Shown here piece after piece: positions 9,718 through 19,598 of a stretch of 64,000 bases of DNA (its first letter is position 1; the number at the start of each line of letters is the position of its first letter). This DNA comes from Candidatus Falkowbacteria bacterium (lineage in GTDB: Bacteria > Patescibacteriota > Patescibacteriia > Patescibacteriales > GWE2-39-37): assembly GCA_013336275.1 (NCBI GenBank), contig JAAXUA010000001.1:142167-206166 (forward strand), written 5' to 3'. A program made the translations under genes and the position numbers. Under the pieces are notes generated by a model. The model was not told where the DNA came from and searched no databases. It was given only the letters and a program-made list of their open reading frames with translations.

Positions 9718-10584
9718 ATGAAAATATTAGTTTTGGGCGCCCAGGGTAATCTGGGTCAACAATTAGTGAAGGTTTTCAGCGCCGACCCGATGTGTTCGGT
9801 GATAGGTTGGGACCGGAGCGAGATCGACGTGACCGACAAGGGCTTGATCAAAAAGAAGATCGATGACCTCAAGCCATCGGTAATCATCAACGCCGTAGCC
9901 TATAACGCTGTTGACCACATGGAGACTGACGAAGGCTGGGCTGTGGCCAAGAAGCTTAATGTCGAGGCTGTGGCCAATCTGGCTAAAGAGGCCCTTTCTA
10001 TCGGAGCGATCTTGGTTCATTTTTCGACTGACTACGTCTTTGCCGGCGACAACGAAGCCGGATACAAGGAGGACGATGAGCCCAGACCGATCAGCAAATA
10101 TGGCGAAAGCAAGCTGCAGGGCGAACAGGAGATCATCCGCTTGTCTGGCAGGGGGTTGAAGTGGTATGTCATCCGTACGTCAAAACTGTTCGGTCCGCAG
10201 GGCGCCAGCGAATTGGCCAAGCCGAGTTTCTTCGATGTGATGCTCAAATTAGCCCGCGAGAAGAAAGAGCTGGAGATAGTCAATGAGGAAGTTAGCTGCT
10301 TCACCTATACGCCGGATTTAGCCCAAAGGACCAAGGATATCATTGACGGAGATTACGGTTATGGCATCTACCATGTCACTAACGCCAAGCCTGTCACCTG
10401 GTACCATGCAGCAAAGGAACTATTCAAACAGGCAGGTTTGAAAATCAAGATAATCCCGGTGACTTCGGATAAGTTTCCGCGTCCAGCCAAGCGCCCGAAA
10501 TATTCAGCGCTGCTCAATACCAAGCTCAAGAAGATGCGCAGCTGGCAGGATGCTTTGAAGGAATATTTAGCTATTAAGAAATAA
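9718..10584 (+). CDS. rmlD: dTDP-4-dehydrorhamnose reductase
   Basis: GAQGNLG, STDYVF, YGESK, RPAKRPKYS. Confidence 0.92.
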   Translation: MKILVLGAQGNLGQQLVKVFSADPMCSVIGWDRSEIDVTDKGLIKKKIDDLKPSVIINAVAYNAVDHMETDEGWAVAKKLNVEAVANLAKEALSIGAILVHFSTDYVFAGDNEAGYKEDDEPRPISKYGESKLQGEQEIIRLSGRGLKWYVIRTSKLFGPQGASELAKPSFFDVMLKLAREKKELEIVNEEVSCFTYTPDLAQRTKDIIDGDYGYGIYHVTNAKPVTWYHAAKELFKQAGLKIKIIPVTSDKFPRPAKRPKYSALLNTKLKKMRSWQDALKEYLAIKK

Positions 10585-10586
10585 CT

Positions 10587-11312
10587 ATGAAAGGAATCAT
10601 CTTATCAGGAGGGTCGGGAACACGGTTGAGGCCGCTGACCAAAATCACGTCGAAGCAGTTGCTGCCGGTCTATAATAAGCCGATGATCTATTATCCCTTG
10701 AATACCCTTATCAAGGCGGGTATCAAGGAAATCCTGATCATCGTCGCGCCGGAGCGGGCCGGCGACTACCTCAATCTTCTAGGGTCAGGCAAAGAATTCG
10801 GGGTCAAATTTACCTACGAAATCCAGGATAAGCCGGCCGGTTTGCCGGAAGCTTTCGTCATCGGCGAGTCGTTCATCGGCTGCGACGACGTAACCATGAT
10901 CTTGGGCGATAATATATTTGAGGACGACTTTTCTAGCGATATCAAAAATTTCAAGTCAGGTGCCAAGGTTTTTGCTAAGAAAGTCTCTGATCCTGAGCGC
11001 TTCGGCGTCGTCAAGTTTGATGACCAGATGCATGCGGTGCAAGTCGAAGAGAAGCCGCAGGATTGGATTAGCGATTACGCGCTGACAGGATTGTACGTTT
11101 ACGACAATCGCGTGGTCGAAGTGGCTAAGAACTGCAAGCCGAGCGCTCGCGGCGAGTATGAAATAGTCGATCTTCACCGCTGGTATTTGGAAAGGGGTGA
11201 ATTAGACGTCGCCATGGTCAATGGCGAGTGGCTTGATGCCGGTACTTTCGAAAGCCTCCTGCACGCCCAGAATTTTGCCAAAGAAAAGATGCAGGACAAG
11301 ATGGTAATCTAA
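10587..11312 (+). CDS. rmlA: Glucose-1-phosphate thymidylyltransferase (short form)
   Basis: GGSGTRLRPLT..SKQLLPVYNKPMIYYP, LGDNIF, EEKP, SARGEYEI, WLDAGT. Confidence 0.92.
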   Translation: MKGIILSGGSGTRLRPLTKITSKQLLPVYNKPMIYYPLNTLIKAGIKEILIIVAPERAGDYLNLLGSGKEFGVKFTYEIQDKPAGLPEAFVIGESFIGCDDVTMILGDNIFEDDFSSDIKNFKSGAKVFAKKVSDPERFGVVKFDDQMHAVQVEEKPQDWISDYALTGLYVYDNRVVEVAKNCKPSARGEYEIVDLHRWYLERGELDVAMVNGEWLDAGTFESLLHAQNFAKEKMQDKMVI

Positions 11313-12269
11313 ATGACTGACCATAAAGAGAAAATTTGGGTGGGTTTCATCGCTTACGGCGAGTCGACTTTAAAGTACCTCCCGTATTTTCTTGATTCGC
11401 TAGCCGGGCAAACTGGCGTCGAACTGAAGGTCGTGGCCTTTGATAATACCGAGACCGACAGCGCCAATTTTGACTATCTGCACTCCCGCTCTGAGGTCGA
11501 GGTTTTGTCAGCCGGGAGGAATCTCGGCTTCGGCAAAGCATATAATTTAATGATCGCTCGTGCAGTTTCTGACGGGGCAAGATATTTTTTCGTAGTGAAT
11601 CCCGATATTATCCTGGAAGCGTCAGCGATAAGCGTGTTGGCTGGGGTGCTGGATGCCGACAGCTCATTGTCATCAGCTTGCCCTAAGCTGAGGCGCTGGA
11701 ATTTTGAAAAATCTGAAAAGACCGACATGATCGATAGTTGCGGCATCGTGCTGCGGCCGAGCTTGCAATTTTTTGACTTAGGGCAGGGTGAAAATGATGA
11801 CGGGCAGTATGATAAGGCTGACATCCTCGGACCATCGGGTGCAGCAGGGCTTTTCCGCCTCGAATCCTTGGAGGGAATAAAGGAGGAGGGGCAATATTTC
11901 GATGAGCACTTCTTCATGTATAAGGAAGACTGCGATCTTGCTATGCGTTTAGTACTTAGAGGAAGCAAATCTCGGCTCGTGGCCAGTGCGGTCGGCTATC
12001 ACGATCGCACCGCAGCAGGTAAGGGCGAAGGATTGCTTTCGCGCATCAGCAGCCGCAGCGGGAAATCGAGGCTGGTCAGAAGTTGGTCGTTCGTCAATCA
12101 GCAGCTGATATATTGCAAATATTGGCGAACGCTCGGTTTTATTGAAAAATTGAGGCTAGTCAGGCAGCAATGCTATCTTCTGGCGTATGTCTGCCTATTC
12201 GAACCCTATCTCTTACTTGAATTGAGGCAGATTGCCATAAAGAGGCGAGGGCTGAAATACTATGAATAA
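11313..12269 (+). CDS. Glycosyltransferase family 2
   Basis: NLGFGKAYN, NPD, FDEHFFMYKEDCDL. Confidence 0.85.
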   Translation: MTDHKEKIWVGFIAYGESTLKYLPYFLDSLAGQTGVELKVVAFDNTETDSANFDYLHSRSEVEVLSAGRNLGFGKAYNLMIARAVSDGARYFFVVNPDIILEASAISVLAGVLDADSSLSSACPKLRRWNFEKSEKTDMIDSCGIVLRPSLQFFDLGQGENDDGQYDKADILGPSGAAGLFRLESLEGIKEEGQYFDEHFFMYKEDCDLAMRLVLRGSKSRLVASAVGYHDRTAAGKGEGLLSRISSRSGKSRLVRSWSFVNQQLIYCKYWRTLGFIEKLRLVRQQCYLLAYVCLFEPYLLLELRQIAIKRRGLKYYE

Positions 12270-13131
12270 AGTCGATCTATCAATCATTATCGTTTCGTGG
12301 AATGTAAAGGACAAGCTCAGGGAAAACCTGCAGGCCTTGCATGCTAGCACCGGCGAGTTGAACTTCGAGATTTTTGTCGTGGACAATGATTCGGCCGATG
12401 GCACTGCCGAAATGGTCGCAAGCGAGTTTCCTTGGATTAATCTGATTGCCAACAAGGAAAATCTCGGCTTTGCCAAGGCCAATAATCAGGCGATCGTTTC
12501 GGCCAGAGGTGACTACATTTTATTGCTCAATCCGGACATGAAACCCGCACCTGACACCATGGTCAAGATGGTTGATTGGATGAGAATCAATCCTCAGGCG
12601 GCCATTGCCGGGTGCCATCTCATCAATGAAACAGGTATTACCGTAAAGCATGTGCGCCGTTTTCCGGCTTTTGCCGACCAGCTGGCGATCGTTCTGAAGC
12701 TGCCCCATCTTTTCAGCGGCATTCTTGGTCGCTATCTGAGAGAAGATTTTGATTACACCCAGCCAGCACGTGTCGATTCGGTCCGTGGCGGATTTTTCAT
12801 GCTCCGTAAAGAGACTGTCCGCGACATCGGCTTGTTGGACGAAGATTATTTTATCTGGTTCGAAGAAGTCGATTATTGCCGTCGGGCAGAGAAGAAGGGT
12901 TTAGAGGTCTGGTATACGCCCGTATCAGAGTGTGTGGATTATGTCGGACAAAGCTTCAAGCAAGTCAAGCGCGGCACGACTCAGAAATATTTTCAGGACA
13001 GCATGCTCAAATATTTCAAAAAATGGCACCCGGGTTGGCAGTATTGGATATTGAAATCGGCTTGGCCGATCGGCAGGACCGCTGCCGTCTTGGCAGAGAA
13101 GATTAAAGTCAGACCTACCGCCAAAACTTAA
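12262..13131 (+). CDS. Glycosyltransferase family 2 (rhamnosyltransferase-like)
   Basis: SIIIVSWN, VVDNDSAD, NLGFAKANN, LLNPD, DEDYFIWFEEVD. Confidence 0.88.
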   Translation: MNKVDLSIIIVSWNVKDKLRENLQALHASTGELNFEIFVVDNDSADGTAEMVASEFPWINLIANKENLGFAKANNQAIVSARGDYILLLNPDMKPAPDTMVKMVDWMRINPQAAIAGCHLINETGITVKHVRRFPAFADQLAIVLKLPHLFSGILGRYLREDFDYTQPARVDSVRGGFFMLRKETVRDIGLLDEDYFIWFEEVDYCRRAEKKGLEVWYTPVSECVDYVGQSFKQVKRGTTQKYFQDSMLKYFKKWHPGWQYWILKSAWPIGRTAAVLAEKIKVRPTAKT

Positions 13132-13163
13132 AAGACCATCCTTGTCGGATGGTCTTTTAAGTT
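13125..13163. terminator. Bidirectional terminator
   Basis: 17-bp inverted repeat AACTTAAAAGACCATCC-TTGTC-GGATGGTCTTTTAAGTT. Confidence 0.8.
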
Positions 13164-14649
13164 ATAGCGCTTGCTGGTGATAGTACTCCACGGGGGAGAA
13201 ATCGTCAGTCAAAATCGGCATGTCGTCTTCTATAGGTTTGACCCATCTGGCGTCGAGCATGGTCTGCAATTGTTTGTCGTCGGTTTTGAAATCGAATCGT
13301 GATGGGTTCTTCGAGGCGACCAGCATTACGTTCTGGGTCGTTTGACTGTCTTTGCCTGGCTTTACCGGGAAGAGGTAAACCTGAGGAAACACAGATTTGA
13401 AAGTCGCAATTTCAGCTCGCAGAAATTTGCCCCGCTTGCCTTCGATGCCCGATATGATATTGAGCATAACTACGCCGTTTTCGTTCAGGATGGAACTCAT
13501 CTGCTTGGCAGTCTCGACGGTCGTCATTTGGTGGGGGATATTGGTTGAAGCGAAAACATCGCTGTAAATGGCATCGTATTTTTCAGTAGTGTTGTTCATA
13601 TAGATTCTGGCGTCTTCATGGAAGATGCGCAAGCGGGGATTGGCGGCATCGAGATGAAAATATTTCTTCGCCACCTCGGTCATGCCTGGATCGATTTCCG
13701 CGACATCGATACTCGACTTGGGATAGTGTTCAAGAAAATAGGAGGGGTAGGTGTAGGCTGCACCGCCCAGCATCAGCGACTTCGTGGATTTCGGATTGAA
13801 GTACTCTGCCAGCTGGTAATATTTCATATAATCGAAAACCGGCTCATTAGAATCAAGAAAGCGCCCGGATTGGGCGCCTTTAAAATCCGTTTGCATTAGC
13901 AGTACAGGCTTTCCCGTCTCTTCATCCGTTATCTGGTGCAGCCAAAGCCGGTTATACCTGGTATCGATATCTATGATGTCCGCTCGGACATAGGGCTTAG
14001 TTATGGGAGTTGGGACCAAAATCAACAGTGCGAAAGCGGCGATGGCTATTGATTTCTGAATGACCGAGTCCTGCCGGTAGGCCACGAGAGACAAGATAAT
14101 CAGCGTTATGGCCAGGCCAAAGACGATGTTGCTTGTGCCAAAAGTGGGAATTAGGAAAAACCCGGCAAAGAAAGTTCCGGCGATGCTGCCGATTGTCGAT
14201 ATGGCGTAAAGATTGCCGACAGTCTTGCCAGAGGTGCCGACACTATCGATCTTGAGTCTGACGGCATAAGGCGAGACGAGGCCGGCCAAGATGCTGGCTG
14301 GCGCAAAAAGAATCAATGAGGAAACGATGGCAAACACCGAAGTGAAGTGCCTCATCACCGGAAAAGCCGCAGTCAGGAGCGGGTCTTTTATGATTCCAGC
14401 CAGCCCGATGCACAAACCGTTGAAAAAAATTATTAAAGAAAGCTGCTTAAGGCTGGGGTTCTTGTCGGCTAATTTTCCACCGAGCCAATAGCCGATGCTT
14501 AAGCTGCCGAGGATTATACCGATGATCGAAGTCCAAACATAAAGCGAGGTGCCAAGGTAGGGGGCTAGAATCCTTGATCCAGCCAATTCGAAAATCATGA
14601 CGACCGCGCCGCTGACAAAGACGGCAATTTCTAGCAGGTTATTTTTCAT
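13162..14649 (-). CDS. Membrane-domain-fused spermidine synthase-like methyltransferase
   Basis: N-terminal multi-TM domain (ELAGSRILAPYLGTS, GNLYAISTIGS) plus LGGAAY, EIDP, EDAR, ILTDDFSPVE. Confidence 0.85.
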   Translation of the reverse strand: MKNNLLEIAVFVSGAVVMIFELAGSRILAPYLGTSLYVWTSIIGIILGSLSIGYWLGGKLADKNPSLKQLSLIIFFNGLCIGLAGIIKDPLLTAAFPVMRHFTSVFAIVSSLILFAPASILAGLVSPYAVRLKIDSVGTSGKTVGNLYAISTIGSIAGTFFAGFFLIPTFGTSNIVFGLAITLIILSLVAYRQDSVIQKSIAIAAFALLILVPTPITKPYVRADIIDIDTRYNRLWLHQITDEETGKPVLLMQTDFKGAQSGRFLDSNEPVFDYMKYYQLAEYFNPKSTKSLMLGGAAYTYPSYFLEHYPKSSIDVAEIDPGMTEVAKKYFHLDAANPRLRIFHEDARIYMNNTTEKYDAIYSDVFASTNIPHQMTTVETAKQMSSILNENGVVMLNIISGIEGKRGKFLRAEIATFKSVFPQVYLFPVKPGKDSQTTQNVMLVASKNPSRFDFKTDDKQLQTMLDARWVKPIEDDMPILTDDFSPVEYYHQQAL

Positions 14650-14725
14650 GAGTTGAGTATTATGGGTTAATGAAGTAAAATTAAGATATTGATATTATAT
14701 AATTTTAGCTATTTTTTGTAAAACC

Positions 14726-15391
14726 ATGAAAAAAATATACCTATTTGCGCTTTTAGCTTTCCTCTTGGCAGGTTGCGCCGCCGAAACGGAAGGCCCGGCA
14801 AAAAAGACTTACAGCCAGACTCTGGTCGGTGCCTTGAACCAAGGCAAGGAAATTACGGAGTATAACAACCAGAGGGTCAAAACTATAAATGAAGAAGCGG
14901 AGCTCCTCCCCACGGCACCCAAGACTACGGCAGAACAGGACCCCATCAAGGTTGAAAAGACTTATTATAAAGTCGTTAAGGTAATCGATGGTGATACGAT
15001 CGATGTGGAGATAGAGGGCAAAGCCCAGCGTCTAAGATTGATCGGCATCAATACGCCCGAAACTGTCGACCCGCGCCGCCCGGTGGAATGTTTCGGCAAA
15101 GAGGCCTCCGTCAAAGCGAAGGAGTTTCTGAACGGTCAGGAGGTCGAGCTTGAGAGCGACCCGACCCAGACAGACCGCGATAAGTACGGCCGCTTGCTAC
15201 GCTATGTCAGGACTAAAGAGGGGCTATTTTATAACTTAGAAATAATCAAGCAGGGGTACGCTTACGAGTATACTTATGATAACCCCTACAAGTATCAGAA
15301 AGAGTTCAAGTCCGCCCAGCTTGAGGCTAAAAACAGCGGGCGCGGCTTATGGGCCGACGGGGCTTGCGGTCTGACCAACGTTGCTCAATGA
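14726..15391 (+). CDS. Thermonuclease (SNase) family lipoprotein
   Basis: Lipobox LAGC; VIDGDTI, RLIGINTPE, DKYGRLLRYV, GRGLW. Confidence 0.92.
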   Translation: MKKIYLFALLAFLLAGCAAETEGPAKKTYSQTLVGALNQGKEITEYNNQRVKTINEEAELLPTAPKTTAEQDPIKVEKTYYKVVKVIDGDTIDVEIEGKAQRLRLIGINTPETVDPRRPVECFGKEASVKAKEFLNGQEVELESDPTQTDRDKYGRLLRYVRTKEGLFYNLEIIKQGYAYEYTYDNPYKYQKEFKSAQLEAKNSGRGLWADGACGLTNVAQ

Positions 15392-15444
15392 TATTGATTT
15401 ATCATCTAAGATAAGCTAAAATATAATCTGAATTAAGCTATATT

Positions 15445-16509
15445 ATGGCGAAAAAAGTCGCTATCATAATCAGCCCGAATTGGCGTGATTATGCCAAAAA
15501 ATACTTAACCGACTGCCTGGTCGGTGTCAGAACGCAAGATTGGACCGGTGAGTCCAAGCTTTTTTTAGTTGATAATGAGACTAGTGAGGAAAGTTACGCA
15601 TACCTCAAGAGCCAAGCTCCTGAGGCTGAAATTATTCGGAACGTCGACAATGCAGGTTTCGCCAAGGGCAACAATGTCGCCATGCGTAGCGCGATGGAGC
15701 AAGGTTTTGATTATGTCCTGCTTCTGAACATGGATACTATCGCCCACCAAAGCGCCGTATCGGAATTGGTCAAGGCGGTTGAGCGCGATGAGTCTATTGG
15801 CGCAGTGCAAGCACGCCTGATGCTTTGGCCGGATAAGGAGAAGGTTAACAGCCTGGGCAATGCTACCCATTTCATGGGCTTCGGTTATTGCGAGGGTTAC
15901 GGTAATGACGGCGCGAAACTTGATTTGAAAAGCATGGAGGACAAGGCGATCTTTTATCCTTCAGGGGCGGCTGTCATGTTTACAGCCGAGGCCTTGCGCA
16001 CCATCGGATTATTTGATGAGGTGCTTTGGATGTATAACGAAGATCAGGATTTAGGCTGGCGAATTTGGCTGGCTGGTCTCCGCTGCCACTTAGCACCGCA
16101 GGCGGTGGTTTTTCATAAATATGAGTTCAGCCGCAGCATCAGTAAATATTATTGGATGGACCGTAACCGCCTAGTCGTAATTTTCAAGAATTATAAGCTG
16201 GCGACTATTATCCTGATCCTGCCGGCTATGTTGATTATGGAGGTGGGACAACTTCTGTTCGCGGCCAAGGGCGGTTGGTTTAAGGAGAAACTTCGAGTAT
16301 ATGCGTACTTTTTGTACCCCGGCAGCTGGCGCTATATCCTAGCCGGCCGTCGCGGAGTCAAAAACTTGCGCAAAGTGCCTGACAGGGCGATAATTAATAT
16401 GCTTGCCTCGAGGATCGAATTCCAGGAACTGGAATCGTTGCCTTTGCGGATTGCCAATATCATCTTCACCGTTTATTGGCGTGCAATCAAGCGCTTAATA
16501 GTTTGGTAA
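15445..16509 (+). CDS. Glycosyltransferase family 2
   Basis: VDN, NAGFAKGNN, LLNMD, FDEVLWMYNEDQDLGWR. Confidence 0.87.
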   Translation: MAKKVAIIISPNWRDYAKKYLTDCLVGVRTQDWTGESKLFLVDNETSEESYAYLKSQAPEAEIIRNVDNAGFAKGNNVAMRSAMEQGFDYVLLLNMDTIAHQSAVSELVKAVERDESIGAVQARLMLWPDKEKVNSLGNATHFMGFGYCEGYGNDGAKLDLKSMEDKAIFYPSGAAVMFTAEALRTIGLFDEVLWMYNEDQDLGWRIWLAGLRCHLAPQAVVFHKYEFSRSISKYYWMDRNRLVVIFKNYKLATIILILPAMLIMEVGQLLFAAKGGWFKEKLRVYAYFLYPGSWRYILAGRRGVKNLRKVPDRAIINMLASRIEFQELESLPLRIANIIFTVYWRAIKRLIVW

Positions 16510-16513
16510 CAAG

Positions 16514-17302
16514 ATGGACCTAAGCATCATCATCGTAAATTATAATACCCGCGACAAGACTTTGGCTTGTCTGGCTTCGCTCGCTCGTGCTGATTTTTTC
16601 GGCTTAGAGAAGGAGGTTATTTTGGTTGACAACGATTCTTCGGAACCGATAGAACAGGATGCTAAAAGGGCGCTTGAAGGCTTGGTTTTTATCAAAAACA
16701 GCGCGAATGTCGGCATGGGTGCGGGCAACAATGTCGGTATCAGGCAGTCGCGCGGCGAGTTCGTGCTAGTGCTTAATCCGGACACGGAAGTCGAGCCTAA
16801 GGCGATTGCGACGATGGTCTATTATCTCAGGCAAAACCCGGGCACAGGCCTGGTCGGACCGGAGCTGGTCTATCCTGACGGCACCCCGCAGGACTCATGC
16901 TACCGTTACCCCAATCTGGTCTTGCCGCTAGTCAGGCGGACTTTCTTGGGCGGTTTTGCTAAAGATTATCTGGATTATTATCTATTAAAAAATCTTGACC
17001 TTAAGAAACCCCAGGCCGTCGATTGGATCATGGGGTCATGCCTTTTGATCCGTCGGAAAGTTTTGGATCAGGTCGGGCTTTTTGATGAGCGTTTTTTCAT
17101 GTATTTCGAGGACACCGACCTTTGCCGCCGCATCAATCTTGCCGGCTTCAAAGTGGTCTACCTGCCATCGGCGCGAGTAGTCCATCACCATAGCCGGGCC
17201 AGCGCCAAGAAGCATTGGCTCGTAGCGCTGTTTGCCAACAAGATGTCCAGAGTCCATCTTTGTTCCTTGCTCAAATATTCTCTCAAATGGAAATTTAAAT
17301 AA
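16514..17302 (+). CDS. Glycosyltransferase family 2
   Basis: SIIIVNYN, LNPDT, FDERFFMYFEDTDLC. Confidence 0.88.
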   Translation: MDLSIIIVNYNTRDKTLACLASLARADFFGLEKEVILVDNDSSEPIEQDAKRALEGLVFIKNSANVGMGAGNNVGIRQSRGEFVLVLNPDTEVEPKAIATMVYYLRQNPGTGLVGPELVYPDGTPQDSCYRYPNLVLPLVRRTFLGGFAKDYLDYYLLKNLDLKKPQAVDWIMGSCLLIRRKVLDQVGLFDERFFMYFEDTDLCRRINLAGFKVVYLPSARVVHHHSRASAKKHWLVALFANKMSRVHLCSLLKYSLKWKFK

Positions 17303-17307
17303 AAATT

Positions 17308-18174
17308 ATGAAAATCAAGAAAGCCATCGTGGCGGTTGCCGGTTCAGGAACGCGCCTATTGCCAGCCACAAAGTCGATGCCCAAGGAAATGCTCCCGATC
17401 GTCGATAAGCCCATCATCCAGCTGGTTGTCGAAGAACTGGTTGAAGCCGGCATCCAGGACATTATCCTGGTCACCAAGTGGGATAAGAAGCCTTTGGAAG
17501 ATCATTTTGATTATAACTGGGCTTTGACCCATGAATTGAAGCAGGCAGGGAAGGAGCATCTTTTGGATGAGGTCAAAAAGATCGCCGATATGGCTAATTT
17601 TATCTACGTCAGGCAGAAAGGTCCTTACGGCAACGGCACACCGATCCTGTCAGCAGCCAGCTTGGTTGAGGACGAGCCGTTCGTTTTTTGCTTCGGAGAT
17701 GATCTGGTGAAATCGAAAGTATCATTCACCAAGCAGATGGTCAAGGATTATGAAAAACATGGCAATCCCATAATCGCCGTCCAAGAAGTCCCGAAAAGCC
17801 AGGTGAATCGCTATGGCATAGTCAAGCTAAGGAGCAAGACCATGGAAATCGAGGACATCATCGAGAAGCCATCAATCGAGGAGGCGCCTTCACGGCTGGC
17901 TGATTTCGGCCGCATGGTCCTCAATCAGGAAATAGTGGACATCCTCAAAAAGACCGCCCTGGGAAAAGGGAACGAGCTCTGGATAGTCGATGCCATCAGG
18001 ACTTATGTCAAAAATGGGGGCAAATTCATGGCCAAGACAGTCGAAGACGGCGAATGGCTGACTACTGGCGATCCGCTGAATTATATCACTACGATTATGA
18101 AATATGCCTTCGACCGCAAAGATATAGGCAAGGAGGTTAGAAAATTCGCTAAAGATTTGTTGGAAAAGAAATAG
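17308..18174 (+). CDS. galU: UTP--glucose-1-phosphate uridylyltransferase
   Basis: AGSGTRLLPATKSMPKEMLPIVDKP, EDHFD, YVRQ, IEKP. Confidence 0.92.
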   Translation: MKIKKAIVAVAGSGTRLLPATKSMPKEMLPIVDKPIIQLVVEELVEAGIQDIILVTKWDKKPLEDHFDYNWALTHELKQAGKEHLLDEVKKIADMANFIYVRQKGPYGNGTPILSAASLVEDEPFVFCFGDDLVKSKVSFTKQMVKDYEKHGNPIIAVQEVPKSQVNRYGIVKLRSKTMEIEDIIEKPSIEEAPSRLADFGRMVLNQEIVDILKKTALGKGNELWIVDAIRTYVKNGGKFMAKTVEDGEWLTTGDPLNYITTIMKYAFDRKDIGKEVRKFAKDLLEKK

Positions 18175-18218
18175 CCATAAAAAAACGCGCCCTTCGTGGG
18201 CGCGTTTTTTTATGGCTA
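18172..18218. terminator. Bidirectional terminator spanning stop codon to stop codon
   Basis: Perfect 21-bp IR TAGCCATAAAAAAACGCGCCC-TTCGT-GGGCGCGTTTTTTTATGGCTA. Confidence 0.85.
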
Positions 18219-19598
18219 GAGCTCGAGACTAAAGAGTCCTGGCTGGCCTTGTATTTTTCCGATGATATAAAGCATGGTCGATTTCTTGTCTAGGGCGATG
18301 CTCTTGATGTTTTCACCTTCGGCTAGAACGATCGTATTGTGCCTGTCGCGATCATCAAGTTCGAAACTGGTAATCTCGTTGTCAGTCGCATAGATGACAT
18401 AATTATTGCTGGAGTGCCACAGAACCTGGCGGACAGGACGGGCGACGCGGGTCAGGAGGTTTTTCTGCTTGATATTCTTTTCGTAAATGAAAATCTCGGA
18501 CTCATTCCAACCTAGCAGTCGATCTTCCGAGGCCCAATAGCCATTAGTGATATTGCTGATAGTATCTTCAAGCGGGTAGTAGTTATCAAAATTCAACAGG
18601 TGCAAGTTGCCGCTGGCCCGGTCTAATAGGTTCACATGCCCTTGGTCGTAGTTGATGAAGGCGACTTCTTTCGACGACGGTATGGCCGTCTCCCGTATCG
18701 CGGCTCCGCTCCCGAGGTCGTATTGGACTACGATAGATTTAGCTTGGCGATAAAAGGATAAATAGAGCTTGTCGCCGATGTGGACGAAATCCAAGAGCGG
18801 CAGGCCCTTGAGGGTTTGTGGAATGGCTGATTCAGAAAAGAGCGTCACGCTTTTCTGCTCGTTGATATCGTATTGGAAGACTTGGTTGCCGATATGATAG
18901 AACAAAATCGACCCGTTAGAACCCGACCATTTGGCATTCGAGATATTCTTGCCCAATATTTTTTCGATATTGATATCTTGGGTGTCTTGGCCAGGGCGGA
19001 TCAGCGTCTCGCCAGCCAGGGCAAGCTTGCCATCGCTTGACCATATGGCCTTGGCTGAGCTGCTGGCCGAACTGCTGGCGACGACCGTTTGCATCTCGCC
19101 ATCGAACACCTCAGCGGTTTTGTGTCCCGTAGCTAGAAAAAGTTTCGCATCGGGCGAAGCAGCCAGCGCGGTCTTTTCGCCAGCAGACAGCAGTCTTGGC
19201 TGCACCTGCCTGAAAAGGGTAACATCTTCGGCGTATGTCGATTCGCCTGGCTTGATCTGCAGCATCTTCTTCCAGGTCCAGTAACCAGGCAAGCTGAACT
19301 GGACGGCATATTCTCCAGGTATCAGATTCTTTACTTTTGCCGGTGTCGCGATTCTGTCATTCAAGCTCAACAACCTGTTGATGAGGCTGGTTTGCGACTG
19401 CAGATCAAGCTTGATTTCCGCATTCTGCGGGTAGGTGTCGACAATCAGCATTCCTGTTTTGACAAGAGCTTTCTTGCTGAAGCTCAGCTGGTAGCCATTG
19501 GCGTAAAGTATCACCAATGGGGTGATGATGCAGAAAGCGCCGATAAATATGAAATATAGCAATCTTCGTTTGGCTAAGGTCATGGACTGGTTATTCAA
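18216..19598 (-). CDS. PEGA-domain membrane-anchored protein with beta-propeller-like C-terminus
   Basis: TM, then KTGMLIVDTYP.NAEI, TPAKVKNLIPGEYAV..SLPGY..W (PEGA); beta-rich C-terminal repeats. Confidence 0.7.
   Translation of the reverse strand: MNNQSMTLAKRRLLYFIFIGAFCIITPLVILYANGYQLSFSKKALVKTGMLIVDTYPQNAEIKLDLQSQTSLINRLLSLNDRIATPAKVKNLIPGEYAVQFSLPGYWTWKKMLQIKPGESTYAEDVTLFRQVQPRLLSAGEKTALAASPDAKLFLATGHKTAEVFDGEMQTVVASSSASSSAKAIWSSDGKLALAGETLIRPGQDTQDINIEKILGKNISNAKWSGSNGSILFYHIGNQVFQYDINEQKSVTLFSESAIPQTLKGLPLLDFVHIGDKLYLSFYRQAKSIVVQYDLGSGAAIRETAIPSSKEVAFINYDQGHVNLLDRASGNLHLLNFDNYYPLEDTISNITNGYWASEDRLLGWNESEIFIYEKNIKQKNLLTRVARPVRQVLWHSSNNYVIYATDNEITSFELDDRDRHNTIVLAEGENIKSIALDKKSTMLYIIGKIQGQPGLFSLEL

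Noticed and set aside
14726..15391. Thermonuclease as part of a defence system
   Set aside because: It is a lipoprotein with no defence-gene neighbours; an extracellular nucleic-acid scavenging role is more parsimonious.
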